DNA of 58,229 bases from a candidate division WOR-3 bacterium (GCA_026397595.1 JAPLUO010000292.1:1-58229), one strand, 5' to 3'. Numbered from the stretch's first letter, positions 7,811-18,380 are shown. Made by a program: numbers and translations. The notes: generated by a model from the letters alone, not told the origin.

Positions 7811-10486
7811 ATGAAGGGAAAGAGCAAGAGAAGAACAAAGCGTTCACGGGTTCAGGGGTCCAAGGGTTCAGGTGACAGCAACCCCGAAGCCCCGGAACCC
7901 CGGAACCCCCGGACCCTGGAACCCCTCCGACGTTTCGAGGTCGCTCCGGACCGGCTCTGCTGGCACTGCACGTTAGACAATTTGACGTTCGACACGACCG
8001 ACGATATCGGGGTCTCGTCCGAGATAGTCGGCCAGCGCCGCGCGGTCGACGCGCTGAACATGGCGCTTGAAATCGAATCGGTCGGCTACAACGTTTTCGT
8101 TTCCGGCCGGGTCGGCACCGGCCGGACCACAACGGTCCAGAAGCTGCTGGAATCAACCAAGACCCGGCCCCGTGAGCTTGACGACAAGTGCTACGTAAAC
8201 AACTTCCGCGACGCGGACCAGCCGCGGCTGCTCAGGCTGCCCGCGGGCAAGGGACAGGAGTTCCGTCGCAACATGGACGAGTTCATCGATTACCTGGTCA
8301 AGAACGTGCCGCTTTTGTTCGAAAGCGACGCCTACCAGCAGCAACGGCAGGGGATTGTGGACGGGTTCAAGGAGCGTGGCGGCGCGCGGGTGCGGGAATT
8401 TGAGAAGCGGGTGGCGACCGAAGGGTTCGCGCTGGTCCAGACCGGGCCGTTCAATCGGCCCGAGCTGGCCCCGATTGTCGAGAAGCAGCCGGTCAAGTTT
8501 GACGCGCTCCCCGCCTTGGTCGAAGAGGGGAAGCTGACCGCGCAGCGCTCCGAGGAAATCAAGACGCGGTACGCGGAACTGGCCGCCGAACTCGCGGTCA
8601 TATTCAAAGACATCCGTGACCTGGAGAAGTCGGCCCGCGACGCGCTGGTGGAGCTGGACCAGAATATTCTCCGGCCGGTCGTCGAGGAGCGGCTGGCCGA
8701 CATCGAGGAACGCTGCAATAAGCGGAAGCGGGAACGTGCGGCCAAAGCAACGAAGGATCCGGTGCCGGCCCGCGCGAAGTGCTCTCCGCTCACCGACTAC
8801 CTGGCCGAAGTCAAGGACGCGATCCTGGCCCAGCCCGACGTCTTCCGCCAGAAACCGCCGGCGGAAGGCGAAGCCGCGGCTCCCGCACCGCCGCCGCCCG
8901 GCGGGCCCGACCCGTACTCGGACTTCCGGGTGAACGTGCTGGTCGACAACTCCAACGTCAAAACGGCGCCGGTGATTTTCGAGACCAACCCGAACTACAA
9001 GAACCTGTTCGGCTCGATTGACCGGGTCTGGGACCGGGCCGGGCAGTTGCGGGCGGACTTCACGAGAATCAAGGCCGGCTCGGTGCTTTGCGCGGACCAT
9101 GGGTTCCTCGTCATCAACGCGCTTGACGCCCTGGTGGAGCCGGGCGTCTGGCCGGCCCTGAAACGCACGCTGCGCAACCGGCAACTGGAGATTACCGGCG
9201 GCGATCCGTACTCCGCGCTGTTCGGCGCGGTTGGGTTGAAACCGGAACCGGTGGACATCGACCTGAAGGTCATCATGATCGGCGACCTGCAGATTTATTC
9301 GTTGCTGGCCGGCGCGGACGAGGACTTCAAGAAGGTCTTCAAAGTGCGGGCGGACTTCGACTCGGTGATGGACCTCGACAAGGCGGCGGTCGGCGAGTAC
9401 GTACAGGTTATCAAGACGCTTTGCGACAAGGAGAAGCTCCGGCCGTTTGACCGGTCGGGCGTGCGCGGCGTGATCGAGTACGGGGTCAGGCTGGCCGGCC
9501 GCTCAACCAAGCTCTCTACTCGTTTCAACGTCGTCAGCGAGCTTCTGACCGAGGCGAGCCACTGGGCGACAAAGGCCGGCGCCAAGTCCGTGAACTATGA
9601 ACACGTGCAGGAGGCAATCAACCGCTGGCGCGACCGGGCGCGGCTGCTTGAGGTGAAACTGCAGGAGGCGATTCGTGAAGGTACCATCTACATCGACGTG
9701 ACCGGCGCGAAGCCCGGGCAGGTGAACGGGCTGGCGGTCTACGAAACCGGGGAGTACGCGTTCGGCATCCCGACCCGGATTACGGCCAAGACCGGGGTCG
9801 GCTCGGCCGGCATCATCAACATCGAGCGGGAGGCCCAGCTTTCCGGGCCGACCCACGACAAGGGCGTCTACATACTTTCCGGCTACCTGCGTCATAAGTT
9901 CGCGCGCCGGCAGCCGCTGATCTTCTCCGCCTCAATCTGCTTCGAACAGTCCTACGGCGGTGTGGACGGCGACTCGGCCTCTTCGACCGAAGTCTACGCT
10001 CTGCTTTCGGACTTGTCGGGCCTGCCCATCCGGCAGGACCTGGCCGTGACTGGTTCGGTCAACCAGCAAGGCGAGGTTCAGCCCATCGGCGGCGTCAACT
10101 GGAAGGTCGAGGGATTCTTCGAGGCGTGCCAGGCGCGCGGCCTCACCGGGCAGCAGGGCGTCATTATCCCGAAATCGAACCTGCCGGAACTGATGCTGCG
10201 GCACGACGTGGTCGCTGCAGTTGAGGACGGCAAATTCCACGTCTACGCGGTGAGCACGATTGATGAAGGCATCGAACTACTGACCGGCGTTACCGCGGGT
10301 ACGCCCGATGCGAAGGGCAATTACCCGGCGGATACGGTCAACGGCCGGGTGATGAAGCGGCTGACCGAACTGGTCGAGTTGTACGAGAACCACCAGCCGA
10401 ACAGGAAGCGTCGGAAAGAGAAAGAACCGAAGCCGCGCCGGCCCAAGCCGCGGAAACCCAAGCCCGAGAAGAAACTGCGGCGCTAG
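7811..10486 (+). CDS. Lon-like (LonC-type) S16 protease with degenerate AAA module
   Basis: IVGQRRAV, GRVGTGRTT, GQVNGLAV, FEQSYGGVDGDSASS (catalytic Ser), GGVNWKVEGF (catalytic Lys). Confidence 0.88.
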   Translation: MKGKSKRRTKRSRVQGSKGSGDSNPEAPEPRNPRTLEPLRRFEVAPDRLCWHCTLDNLTFDTTDDIGVSSEIVGQRRAVDALNMALEIESVGYNVFVSGRVGTGRTTTVQKLLESTKTRPRELDDKCYVNNFRDADQPRLLRLPAGKGQEFRRNMDEFIDYLVKNVPLLFESDAYQQQRQGIVDGFKERGGARVREFEKRVATEGFALVQTGPFNRPELAPIVEKQPVKFDALPALVEEGKLTAQRSEEIKTRYAELAAELAVIFKDIRDLEKSARDALVELDQNILRPVVEERLADIEERCNKRKRERAAKATKDPVPARAKCSPLTDYLAEVKDAILAQPDVFRQKPPAEGEAAAPAPPPPGGPDPYSDFRVNVLVDNSNVKTAPVIFETNPNYKNLFGSIDRVWDRAGQLRADFTRIKAGSVLCADHGFLVINALDALVEPGVWPALKRTLRNRQLEITGGDPYSALFGAVGLKPEPVDIDLKVIMIGDLQIYSLLAGADEDFKKVFKVRADFDSVMDLDKAAVGEYVQVIKTLCDKEKLRPFDRSGVRGVIEYGVRLAGRSTKLSTRFNVVSELLTEASHWATKAGAKSVNYEHVQEAINRWRDRARLLEVKLQEAIREGTIYIDVTGAKPGQVNGLAVYETGEYAFGIPTRITAKTGVGSAGIINIEREAQLSGPTHDKGVYILSGYLRHKFARRQPLIFSASICFEQSYGGVDGDSASSTEVYALLSDLSGLPIRQDLAVTGSVNQQGEVQPIGGVNWKVEGFFEACQARGLTGQQGVIIPKSNLPELMLRHDVVAAVEDGKFHVYAVSTIDEGIELLTGVTAGTPDAKGNYPADTVNGRVMKRLTELVELYENHQPNRKRRKEKEPKPRRPKPRKPKPEKKLRR

Positions 10487-10669
10487 CCGCACAAGCACGA
10501 AGCCGTAGGCCTCAAGCTGCAAGCTGCGTACCGTCCGCGAGGTCGTGCGGACCGAATAGAGCAGCGGGTAGTTCGGTCCCTCCGGCCGTGAAACCGGCAT
10601 CGGCCGGGGCGAGTCTAATGTGTTGGTAAAGGTTGGTCCATAGCGCAGCGCGTTCAAACGTGTAGCCGG

Positions 10670-10995
10670 AGCCATAGCTGCATCCGCAATCGGGCCGGCA
10701 ATGGACAGAGCATCTCGGAGAGCAACTTGGAGAGCAACTCCGGAAGCTACTCTACCAGCAATCGGGAGAGCAACGGTCAGAGCAACGGGGAGAGCAACGA
10801 GGACGGCGACTCAGACCGCAATGGTCAGAGCGCCCGGCAGAGCAACGGGTGGAGCAACGGAGAGAGCAACTGGGACTGCGATTCGGACAGCTACCGGTAG
10901 ACCAACCGGGCAAGCGATTCCGAGGGCAATCGGGACAGCGATTCACCAGACAACTTGCATAGCGATTCGGAGAGCAGCCCCCGGAGCTGCTCCGG
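10670..10995. repeat. Degenerate 12-bp-period tandem array
   Basis: AGAGCAAC/GCAAT/GCGAT cores recurring every 12 bp. Confidence 0.75.
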
Positions 10996-11194
10996 GGATG
11001 GGGCTCTGAGTTAGGTGCTTTGCGCCTAACATCTCAAACCACCAGCAGATAGGCCCTGAAACCCGCCCGACTGCGTGTATCCTTTATTGGATACAAGCCT
11101 GAGCCGGGTCAGCCTCGAGCAGCCATCCATTCGCAGGTGTCATCAACCGCTGCAGGGTCAATCTCTCACCTCGGCCGCAGGCATGGCTTACAAC

Positions 11195-11226
11195 GACAGC
11201 CGCCCGGCTCTCACCGGGCGGCCGTC
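11195..11226. terminator. GC-rich hairpin, probable terminator of the 1608-aa gene
   Basis: GACaGCCGCCCGG-loop-CCGGGCGGCcGTC just past the stop; U-tract weak. Confidence 0.45.
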
Positions 11227-11257
11227 TTCTACTTCCTTCTCGCCCTTGCTTCCTTGC

Positions 11258-14200
11258 TTACTCGGTCAGAACCACCTTTCGGCTGAATCGCTTGTTCTCA
11301 GCACTCAACGTGCAGAAGTAGACGCCACAGGCAACGCTGCGGCCTTTCGCATCCTGCCGGTTCCAGGTCAGGTTGTAGTAGCCCGGCTTCTGGTCGCCGC
11401 TCGCAAGCGTGGTCACCAGCTTGCCCGCGATGTCGTAGAGTCTGACGCTGACTCGGGTCTGTCTGGGCAGGGCATAGTTGATGGAAAGCCTTGTCCTTGC
11501 CGGGTTCGGGAAGGGCTGAGCCAGGCTCAGGAGCTTGGGCAGGTTGAGCTTGCTTCCGGACTGCACGCCACCGGGGACGCTGTCGTCGCTCTGGATACGG
11601 AGCTTGTGCACCATATTCGGTTGCGGGGCGAGCGCGAACACGCTGTGCCCGTTCTCGCTTGGAACCAGTCCCCGGAGCTTGCTGCCGCCTGATGCCGTAA
11701 TGGCAACGATGCTGCCGCCCAATGGCGTGATGCCTTTGAGCTTGCCGTCAGAGCCGTCGGTGAGGTAGATTGCGCCTGAATCCGTGACCATGACCGCGGT
11801 CGGGCTACTGAAGTCGCCGGTGATGCTGCCTTGGAAGTTGCCGGACGTATCCCAGACCGCAATCCTACTACTCCCAGCGTCGGCGACGTAGACCAAGTCG
11901 TTCTTGACCGCGATGGCCTCAGGTGAGTTCAGGTTGGTTGAATCTCTGCCCTGTCCGCCTCTTGTGAAGACCAACGTGCCGTCCCGGCGGAACTTACCGA
12001 TTCGGTCGAGCCCTTTATCTACCAGCCAGAAGTTGCCGTTGTCGTCTCTCGTAACGTCAATCGGGAGCGACAGACCGGATACCAGCCTTCTGCCTTTCTG
12101 GCCGTTTCGGTGCAGCTTGTGGATGCGCTTATTGCGAGCATCAAGGACCAGCAGGCTGTCGTCGCCGACCTCAAGGATGGCGGTCACGTAGGCATTGGAG
12201 CCCGAGTCCGTCACCTGGAAACAATCGAGCGAGTCCAAGTCATCGCTCAGATGCAGAATCTGGCCGGTGCTGGAACCGACGTAGACCGATCCTTCGCCCA
12301 TACCTGACCCGCCGCCCGGAGGTCCGGCGCGGAAGTCGTCGCCGGTGGTATCATTGAAGACCACGACCCAGGTGGTCTGGCTGGATAGATGGCCGACCGA
12401 ATCGGTGCCTGCCGACATGACGTAGTAGTTGCCGTTCGGGACCAATTCGGTGTTCCAGTACCCGAGGTGGACTGCCGGAGTCAGGAAGTTGTTCCAGTTG
12501 GGATAGGCGGGAACGCACGAAACGCTGTCCGGCTGCACGGGCAGCCAGTTGGTCGAGTCGACGTGCCTGAAGAACAACCGCCGGGCCGCAAACCAGGTGT
12601 CGCTGGCCACTTCAATCGAGTCGTATGCCCATCCGGTTATCTCGGTCGTCCCGCTGACGAATTGCCCGAGCTGGGGCAAGCTGACGTGCACGGTCGGCGC
12701 TGTCGGGTCGAGGATGACGGTGTCGGCAAGGGCGACTCCGGTCTCTGCGCCAGCAGAGTCGATAAGAAGTTCACGGATAATGTGCTGGCCGGCTGTACTA
12801 CCCATATTCCATGCAGCCAGCGTGTCGTAGGCGCCCCACCACGTGCAGCCCGACTGCGGCTGGAACAGGTTCAAGGCCACATTGTCGGTCCAGACGTGTC
12901 CGGTCCCGTTCACAAGTCCCTGAGCCCGGACTTTCACCATCCCGCCGCGCCAGACCCAACCCGGGTACGTGCTTGGCGGAGCCAGCAGGAACCGGGCCGA
13001 CAGGTTGTACCGGCCGGTCAGCGAAATCACGTCGCCTGAGTACGATGCCGACCCGAGGGAGAGCCAGACCGTATCATGCAGCATCGTGTCAGTTCTTGTC
13101 CTCCAGTACCAGAACGACACGTCGCCGCCGGCATTGCCGCCGTGCATGTGAGCGAGGATGCTTGCCTCCAGCACACACGAATCACCGTAGTGAGCCGAAA
13201 TGGACTCGACCGGCACGAACTGCCCTGCCCGGGACTCTGCCGACGGGCTGACCGAGAACACTGCCATCTGGAGGAGTGAGTCATACCCGCCGCCACTAAA
13301 ACTCCATGAACCGTCTGTCGCCGCGAACGTGCCGTTTCGGACCAGATTCACCAGGGTCCGGTTGGAGAAGCGCATCCCATACACCCCTGATGCCGAGTCA
13401 CAGGCAGCCAGCCGCAGGGTGCAGTTCGCGTTCGGTGCAAATCGAGCCCCGGCGTTGACGACGACGCTGCCGGACGGCCCGGTCGTGTCGAACACCACGA
13501 ACGGATGGGTGGTATCAGGAATCAGGTCGCTCACACTCCAGCTATCCTTCAGTTGAAGGAACAGCTTGTACTTGCCCTGGCCGGACAGGTATAGCCAACT
13601 CGTATCGAGCAACACTGCCTGATTCACGTAGAACCACGCGGTCGTATCGCCGCCGTGCACTACCGTGTCATTGATGCCATACCACCACTGGACCAGGCGG
13701 GCAGAGTCGCACGGGGTCTGGCCTGTGGTGTCGGCTTCTTTGGAATGGGATTCGAGCCTTAGCAGAGCCAGCGGCGCGTTACTGTAACTGCCGCAGACCA
13801 CGCCAATCAAACCATCGGGCCGCCGTGATGATGACGTCCGTATGTACCCGCAGTTGTCGTCAGTGCTGACCTTCTCCACATACTCCTGTAGGGGGTTGGC
13901 TTCGGCCTTCAGCAGACCGCTTCCATGCACCCATTGCGGGATGTAGCCACCGAGGACAATGCCCCAGCGACCTTGCTCCTTCGGTATAGTATCGCACGTC
14001 ACGGTGGTCAGCAGCGAGTCGTTCCAATAGATATTGACCAGTACCGGCCCCGGTGTGCTCTTGTTACCGTTGTTCTTTACGAAGACCTCGAACGACGACG
14101 GCTCGCCCACGCGCAACGGCAGTGGCTGCACCCGGAAGCTGTCCACCACCAAGTCCGGCCGATTGACAGCACTGGTTTCCGAAATGAAGACAGGACGCTT

Positions 14201-16084
14201 ATCCAAGGTCTGTGGAAGCCAACCATTCGCATTGGCGTAGACGGTGCCCGACTGCTGCAGCGGTGCATACGCCAGAACGTCACTGCTGAGCGTATCGACC
14301 GTCGCGGGCAGGTCGACGTTGACCCCGCCCTGTCCTTGGCCGCCGTTCTTCCAGCACACCCATGTCCGCCGGTGCAGCGTGTCGTTCGTCTCAAACTCGT
14401 ATACCCGCACCGAATCGTCCCGCGTGTCACCCGTCATCACCCGCCCATTGAGCCGCTTGCCGAGTAGTTGCGTCGCGGTTTGCCCACAGGCATACAGCGC
14501 CGCGTGGGGTTTCCCAACTGAATCCGTCAGGCCCCAACTACCCTCGCCCGGACGCCGACGCAGCAGCCACCAGTAGTTGCGGTCAAAGCACCCTCCTGGC
14601 AACGCCTTCATGCCCTCGGCCGTTGTGAAGGTTTGGCTGCAATAGTCGGCATCTTGTTGCTCGGTGGTGATTGTATCGTGTCCGTTGTGCCTATACATCG
14701 TATCCCACCAGGGAAAGGCGGGGATACTGAACTCCGTGTTCCAAAGCTCTCCTTGGTCGCTGTGCTCTCGCATGATGCCGCGCAACGTTTCCGCTTCGGC
14801 CTCGAGCAGTTGAGGTTTGAACGGCATGGTCATGTCTGGGTACCAAGGTACAGTCTCTTGATACGGATGCGCTGAGATCGCATCCCAGAACGGCGTGATT
14901 CCATCAGTCACCTCGTAGAACTCCCGGAGCCACGCTTTGCCAGAAAAGCCGCGCGCCTGGTCGGTGTTGACCCAGTTCACTGAATTCACTGCAATGCGGT
15001 CATGCAGGTGGCTAGAGTCATAGCCCCTGATCGCGGAGTCCACCACCGATGCATAGCGCACGTACAGACCGCACATCGAATGGATATCCGGACCTACGTA
15101 CTTGGAACCAGTGTAATAACGGTTTGGATGTCGCCACACGCTGGCGCTGTTCGGCCATGTGTCTTCATTGTTCACTTCATTAAGCACTTCCCAATCGTGA
15201 ATCGCAAAACCACTATTATCGCAGTGGGCCAGAAGTCCCTTGATGAAATGAGCCAGGTAGTTTGAGTCGTGATTGACAGAGTAATCCAGACAGCGTGGCG
15301 GACTCCATCTCAGCCCTGTGTCGCTGGATGGCCAGGTGTCGCCGCGCCGCGTCTCGGCCCATTCCGGTGGCTGGACGAGTATTCCCATGATCTGACACCC
15401 CGCGGTCTTGTCCAGTGCATTCATGGAAGAGTCGAAAAACTGGAAATCCCAGCTATTCCATCCGCCGCGCTGTATGGAGTCCCAGTCGATGTCGAGCCGC
15501 AACGTTCTTACGTTGGCGGTCTCGGCTCGGTGGGCAAACGCCCCAGGGTCGAAGCCGTAGTTCGGTATCGTATACCACGAGCACTCATCCGCCCCGAAAT
15601 CTAGAGAATCCACCGCATTCATCCGCCCGTAGACCCGCATACAGAGATCGGCGAAGTTTGGGGCGATGTCATTCGGCATCGAGCCGTATTTGTAGGGGTC
15701 GTTCCCGCTGTAGTAGTACTGAAGGCTGTCTCCTCCGCCCCGGGTGAACCGGATGGTCAGGGTCTTCCCCTTCGTGAACGCAACAGTATCGGTCCACTGG
15801 TCGAACTTCACCCATCGGCAGTCGAAGTCCTGATAGCCGACACTTTGCATCACCGGGTCGCCATCCTCCAGAACCTGGGCTGTGTACGCCCCGCCGCTGC
15901 CTTTCGCGCCCGCAAACAGCTCTACCCGTTCGAGACTGTCCCAGCAGGCCACCACCGATTGGGCCACGCCGTCTTCCGGGTCGGCGAGTCCCGACCATGA
16001 GGCTTTGACCGGCTCGATGTGATATCCGGCTACGCTCGCAAAAGCCACCCCTGCAATCAGGAGCAGCAGTACTGCACCTTTCAT
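11258..16084 (-). CDS. Large secreted multidomain protein: clan GH-A-like glycoside hydrolase, CARDB/Ig domains, NHL-type propeller, FlgD-Ig/T9SS-type CTD
   Basis: Signal peptide; LRLDIDW, WEVLNEVN, DAISAHPY, LWNTEF; PDLVVDS..VKNNGN; LNSPEAIAV repeats; PFPNP..IYD-like..WNRQD..GVYF..KVV. Confidence 0.75.
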   Translation of the reverse strand: MKGAVLLLLIAGVAFASVAGYHIEPVKASWSGLADPEDGVAQSVVACWDSLERVELFAGAKGSGGAYTAQVLEDGDPVMQSVGYQDFDCRWVKFDQWTDTVAFTKGKTLTIRFTRGGGDSLQYYYSGNDPYKYGSMPNDIAPNFADLCMRVYGRMNAVDSLDFGADECSWYTIPNYGFDPGAFAHRAETANVRTLRLDIDWDSIQRGGWNSWDFQFFDSSMNALDKTAGCQIMGILVQPPEWAETRRGDTWPSSDTGLRWSPPRCLDYSVNHDSNYLAHFIKGLLAHCDNSGFAIHDWEVLNEVNNEDTWPNSASVWRHPNRYYTGSKYVGPDIHSMCGLYVRYASVVDSAIRGYDSSHLHDRIAVNSVNWVNTDQARGFSGKAWLREFYEVTDGITPFWDAISAHPYQETVPWYPDMTMPFKPQLLEAEAETLRGIMREHSDQGELWNTEFSIPAFPWWDTMYRHNGHDTITTEQQDADYCSQTFTTAEGMKALPGGCFDRNYWWLLRRRPGEGSWGLTDSVGKPHAALYACGQTATQLLGKRLNGRVMTGDTRDDSVRVYEFETNDTLHRRTWVCWKNGGQGQGGVNVDLPATVDTLSSDVLAYAPLQQSGTVYANANGWLPQTLDKRPVFISETSAVNRPDLVVDSFRVQPLPLRVGEPSSFEVFVKNNGNKSTPGPVLVNIYWNDSLLTTVTCDTIPKEQGRWGIVLGGYIPQWVHGSGLLKAEANPLQEYVEKVSTDDNCGYIRTSSSRRPDGLIGVVCGSYSNAPLALLRLESHSKEADTTGQTPCDSARLVQWWYGINDTVVHGGDTTAWFYVNQAVLLDTSWLYLSGQGKYKLFLQLKDSWSVSDLIPDTTHPFVVFDTTGPSGSVVVNAGARFAPNANCTLRLAACDSASGVYGMRFSNRTLVNLVRNGTFAATDGSWSFSGGGYDSLLQMAVFSVSPSAESRAGQFVPVESISAHYGDSCVLEASILAHMHGGNAGGDVSFWYWRTRTDTMLHDTVWLSLGSASYSGDVISLTGRYNLSARFLLAPPSTYPGWVWRGGMVKVRAQGLVNGTGHVWTDNVALNLFQPQSGCTWWGAYDTLAAWNMGSTAGQHIIRELLIDSAGAETGVALADTVILDPTAPTVHVSLPQLGQFVSGTTEITGWAYDSIEVASDTWFAARRLFFRHVDSTNWLPVQPDSVSCVPAYPNWNNFLTPAVHLGYWNTELVPNGNYYVMSAGTDSVGHLSSQTTWVVVFNDTTGDDFRAGPPGGGSGMGEGSVYVGSSTGQILHLSDDLDSLDCFQVTDSGSNAYVTAILEVGDDSLLVLDARNKRIHKLHRNGQKGRRLVSGLSLPIDVTRDDNGNFWLVDKGLDRIGKFRRDGTLVFTRGGQGRDSTNLNSPEAIAVKNDLVYVADAGSSRIAVWDTSGNFQGSITGDFSSPTAVMVTDSGAIYLTDGSDGKLKGITPLGGSIVAITASGGSKLRGLVPSENGHSVFALAPQPNMVHKLRIQSDDSVPGGVQSGSKLNLPKLLSLAQPFPNPARTRLSINYALPRQTRVSVRLYDIAGKLVTTLASGDQKPGYYNLTWNRQDAKGRSVACGVYFCTLSAENKRFSRKVVLTE

Positions 16085-16087
16085 GCT

Positions 16088-18343
16088 TTACCTCCTATTC
16101 GTCTTCACGACCTTGGCCGTGAAGCTCTTCCTTTCTGCTTCGACCTTGACAACGTACACGCCGGCAGCAAGACCAGACAGGTCTATTACGCCTTCAGTGG
16201 CACCTCCTTTCACAGTAACCTGCTGGCGCACGTTCCCAAGTCGCTTTCCAGACACGTCATAGACTGCAATGTCAGTGCTCCGCGCCGTCACATCCAACGT
16301 GAAATGCACTTCTCCGTCTGTTAGCCCTGGCCGGAGATGAAGCGTCGCCGGTCTGTGTCTCGTGGGAGCTTGCTCAGCAACTCCGACCGCCGTCGTCTCG
16401 TAGATGGCGACGCCGGCCTCGAGGCATGCCGCGTAGAGATACGGCGACGAGTACGCCAGCCTTTGTGCAAGGTAAGGCGGTGACACAGACGCCCGCACCG
16501 TCAGATTGGCTGGGTTAGTTATGTCGACAGTCAGCACACGCTCTCCGCCAACGTATGCACGCGAACCGCTCACCGCGACATCATTCCACCACAGCGTGTC
16601 GGTGAGGGACAGGGAGTCAATCATCCGTGGAGACGACGGGTCGGCCATGCTGAGCGAAACCAACCCCGTGTACGGCCCGGCCACATATGCGATGGTGTCG
16701 CTGAGTGATACACCACTGCTGCGTCCGCCCCAGCTACCGACGATCGATGGGGCAGCGGGATCGCTGACGCTGATGCACGCAAGGCCGCCGCTTCCCATAG
16801 CTACGTATGCGACGCTGTCGCGTAAAGCGATGTTGCGAGCATTGATGCCCACCCCCCCGCAGCTCCCTACCCGCACCGGCTCCCTCGGCCGGGCGACGTT
16901 GAAGACCTGGAACTCATTCATCTCGGCGCAGTAGAGCAGGCTGTCGCGCAGCACCATGTCTTGTAGCGGATTCCGGCATGACTCCTCCGCAGCAAACGTG
17001 GGTGAAGCCGGATCAGTAACGTCCAGGACGCGCAGGAACCGCCTATTGCTCCCCCAGAAACCGATGAACGCAAACGAATCCCGGACCTGCACCGTGGTGG
17101 TAGTCTTCGCGCCAACCAAGTCATAGATGCCAAGCGAATTCGGGTTCGACGGATTTGTGACATCGATTATCTGCAGGCCCGACTCGTCGTTGGCGACATT
17201 AGCACGGCCATCGTCGATGTCGATGTCCAGTGACCTGCAAGCCTCGTAACCCGACCATGCCTCACTAATGGAATTGACGTTGTGGATGTCCACAGTCACC
17301 AGCCCGCCATAGTCCGAGGCCAGGTATCCGTATGACAGGGCCACGGGCACGTACGGGTCCCAGTTCGTAGTGCCATCGGGATTGAGGCTGTCTCGCAACT
17401 GAGGGTCGGCGGGATTCGTGATGTCGACTACGAAGATGCCATCGTGGTCGTAGCTGCAGCTCAGGTAGGCAAAGTAGTCATCGGCGTACAGTGCGTGGCC
17501 ACCGTATCCGTCGATGCGGCCGACCTCATGGATTGAAGTAGGGACGCTGATGTCCAGAATCGAGAAGTAGGAGGGCTGCACCGATGTCCGGAACAGCAGT
17601 TGCCCGCGCACAAATAGCGCTAGTTGAACCCCGCCCAAGGTGTTGACGAGCGTCGGTGAGTGCGGGCTTCGCACATCGTAGACATTGAGGCCCGTACCGA
17701 ATGACCCGCAGCCGACGTATGCATAGCCGTTCGCCTGGACGATGACGTCGCCGCTGTCACGAATCGCGCCCGCAAGTCTGGGCAGGGCTGGATTGGATAC
17801 ATCGTAGATGCGCAGGCTGTCCCCGCCCACCGCGTAGCAGAAGGTGTCTTTGACGCAGAGGTCGCTGATTACCGCATCCATCGAGCCAAGCTCGCGCGGA
17901 TTGGCCGGGTCGGCAACCGAGTAGACTTGCGCGCCCCACGAACCGCAGGCTACAAAGAGCAGCGAATCTTGGACGACAACCTGGCTGACCAGCCCTCGCG
18001 CATTGACTTGGCCCAGCATTCTCGGCTGCACCGAATCGGCTATGGAGAGAATCCGTACGCCCGAGCCGGACCCGAGATACACGAACGTATCTCTACCCGC
18101 AAGTTCCCAGCTTGGCCCCCAAGGCCAGCGGCCGATGCAGGCTAATCCTGTGCTCTCCGGCCTACGGAATGTCGTGTAGTACGAGTCATCCAGCCCGTGC
18201 GCCCTCAGCCAACTGGCCCGCATCCTCGGATGCACGCGGGATAGCGACTCCTGCACCGCCGCGTGTTCCTGGAACGACAGCCTGCCGCCAAAGGCCACTG
18301 CCGCCGCGAACAGGAGAAGGATGCTCCACCGCCACGTTCTCAT
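16088..18343 (-). CDS. Secreted LVIVD-repeat protein with T9SS-type CTD
   Basis: Signal peptide, repeated GLQIIDVTNPSNP-like units, terminal GVYVVKV..KVVK. Confidence 0.8.
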   Translation of the reverse strand: MRTWRWSILLLFAAAVAFGGRLSFQEHAAVQESLSRVHPRMRASWLRAHGLDDSYYTTFRRPESTGLACIGRWPWGPSWELAGRDTFVYLGSGSGVRILSIADSVQPRMLGQVNARGLVSQVVVQDSLLFVACGSWGAQVYSVADPANPRELGSMDAVISDLCVKDTFCYAVGGDSLRIYDVSNPALPRLAGAIRDSGDVIVQANGYAYVGCGSFGTGLNVYDVRSPHSPTLVNTLGGVQLALFVRGQLLFRTSVQPSYFSILDISVPTSIHEVGRIDGYGGHALYADDYFAYLSCSYDHDGIFVVDITNPADPQLRDSLNPDGTTNWDPYVPVALSYGYLASDYGGLVTVDIHNVNSISEAWSGYEACRSLDIDIDDGRANVANDESGLQIIDVTNPSNPNSLGIYDLVGAKTTTTVQVRDSFAFIGFWGSNRRFLRVLDVTDPASPTFAAEESCRNPLQDMVLRDSLLYCAEMNEFQVFNVARPREPVRVGSCGGVGINARNIALRDSVAYVAMGSGGLACISVSDPAAPSIVGSWGGRSSGVSLSDTIAYVAGPYTGLVSLSMADPSSPRMIDSLSLTDTLWWNDVAVSGSRAYVGGERVLTVDITNPANLTVRASVSPPYLAQRLAYSSPYLYAACLEAGVAIYETTAVGVAEQAPTRHRPATLHLRPGLTDGEVHFTLDVTARSTDIAVYDVSGKRLGNVRQQVTVKGGATEGVIDLSGLAAGVYVVKVEAERKSFTAKVVKTNRR

Positions 18344-18352
18344 GGCGCCCAG

Positions 18353-18380
18353 ATTGTATACCTGGAAGTCAGGTTGTCAA
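18353..18380 (-). promoter_or_regulatory. Promoter, leaderless-type
   Basis: TTGACA-16 bp-TACAAT, 9 nt before ATG 18343, no Shine-Dalgarno. Confidence 0.65.

Noticed and set aside
10670-10995. Possible CRISPR array (also 56185-56490)
   Set aside because: No constant 25-45-bp repeat with unique spacers and no cas genes
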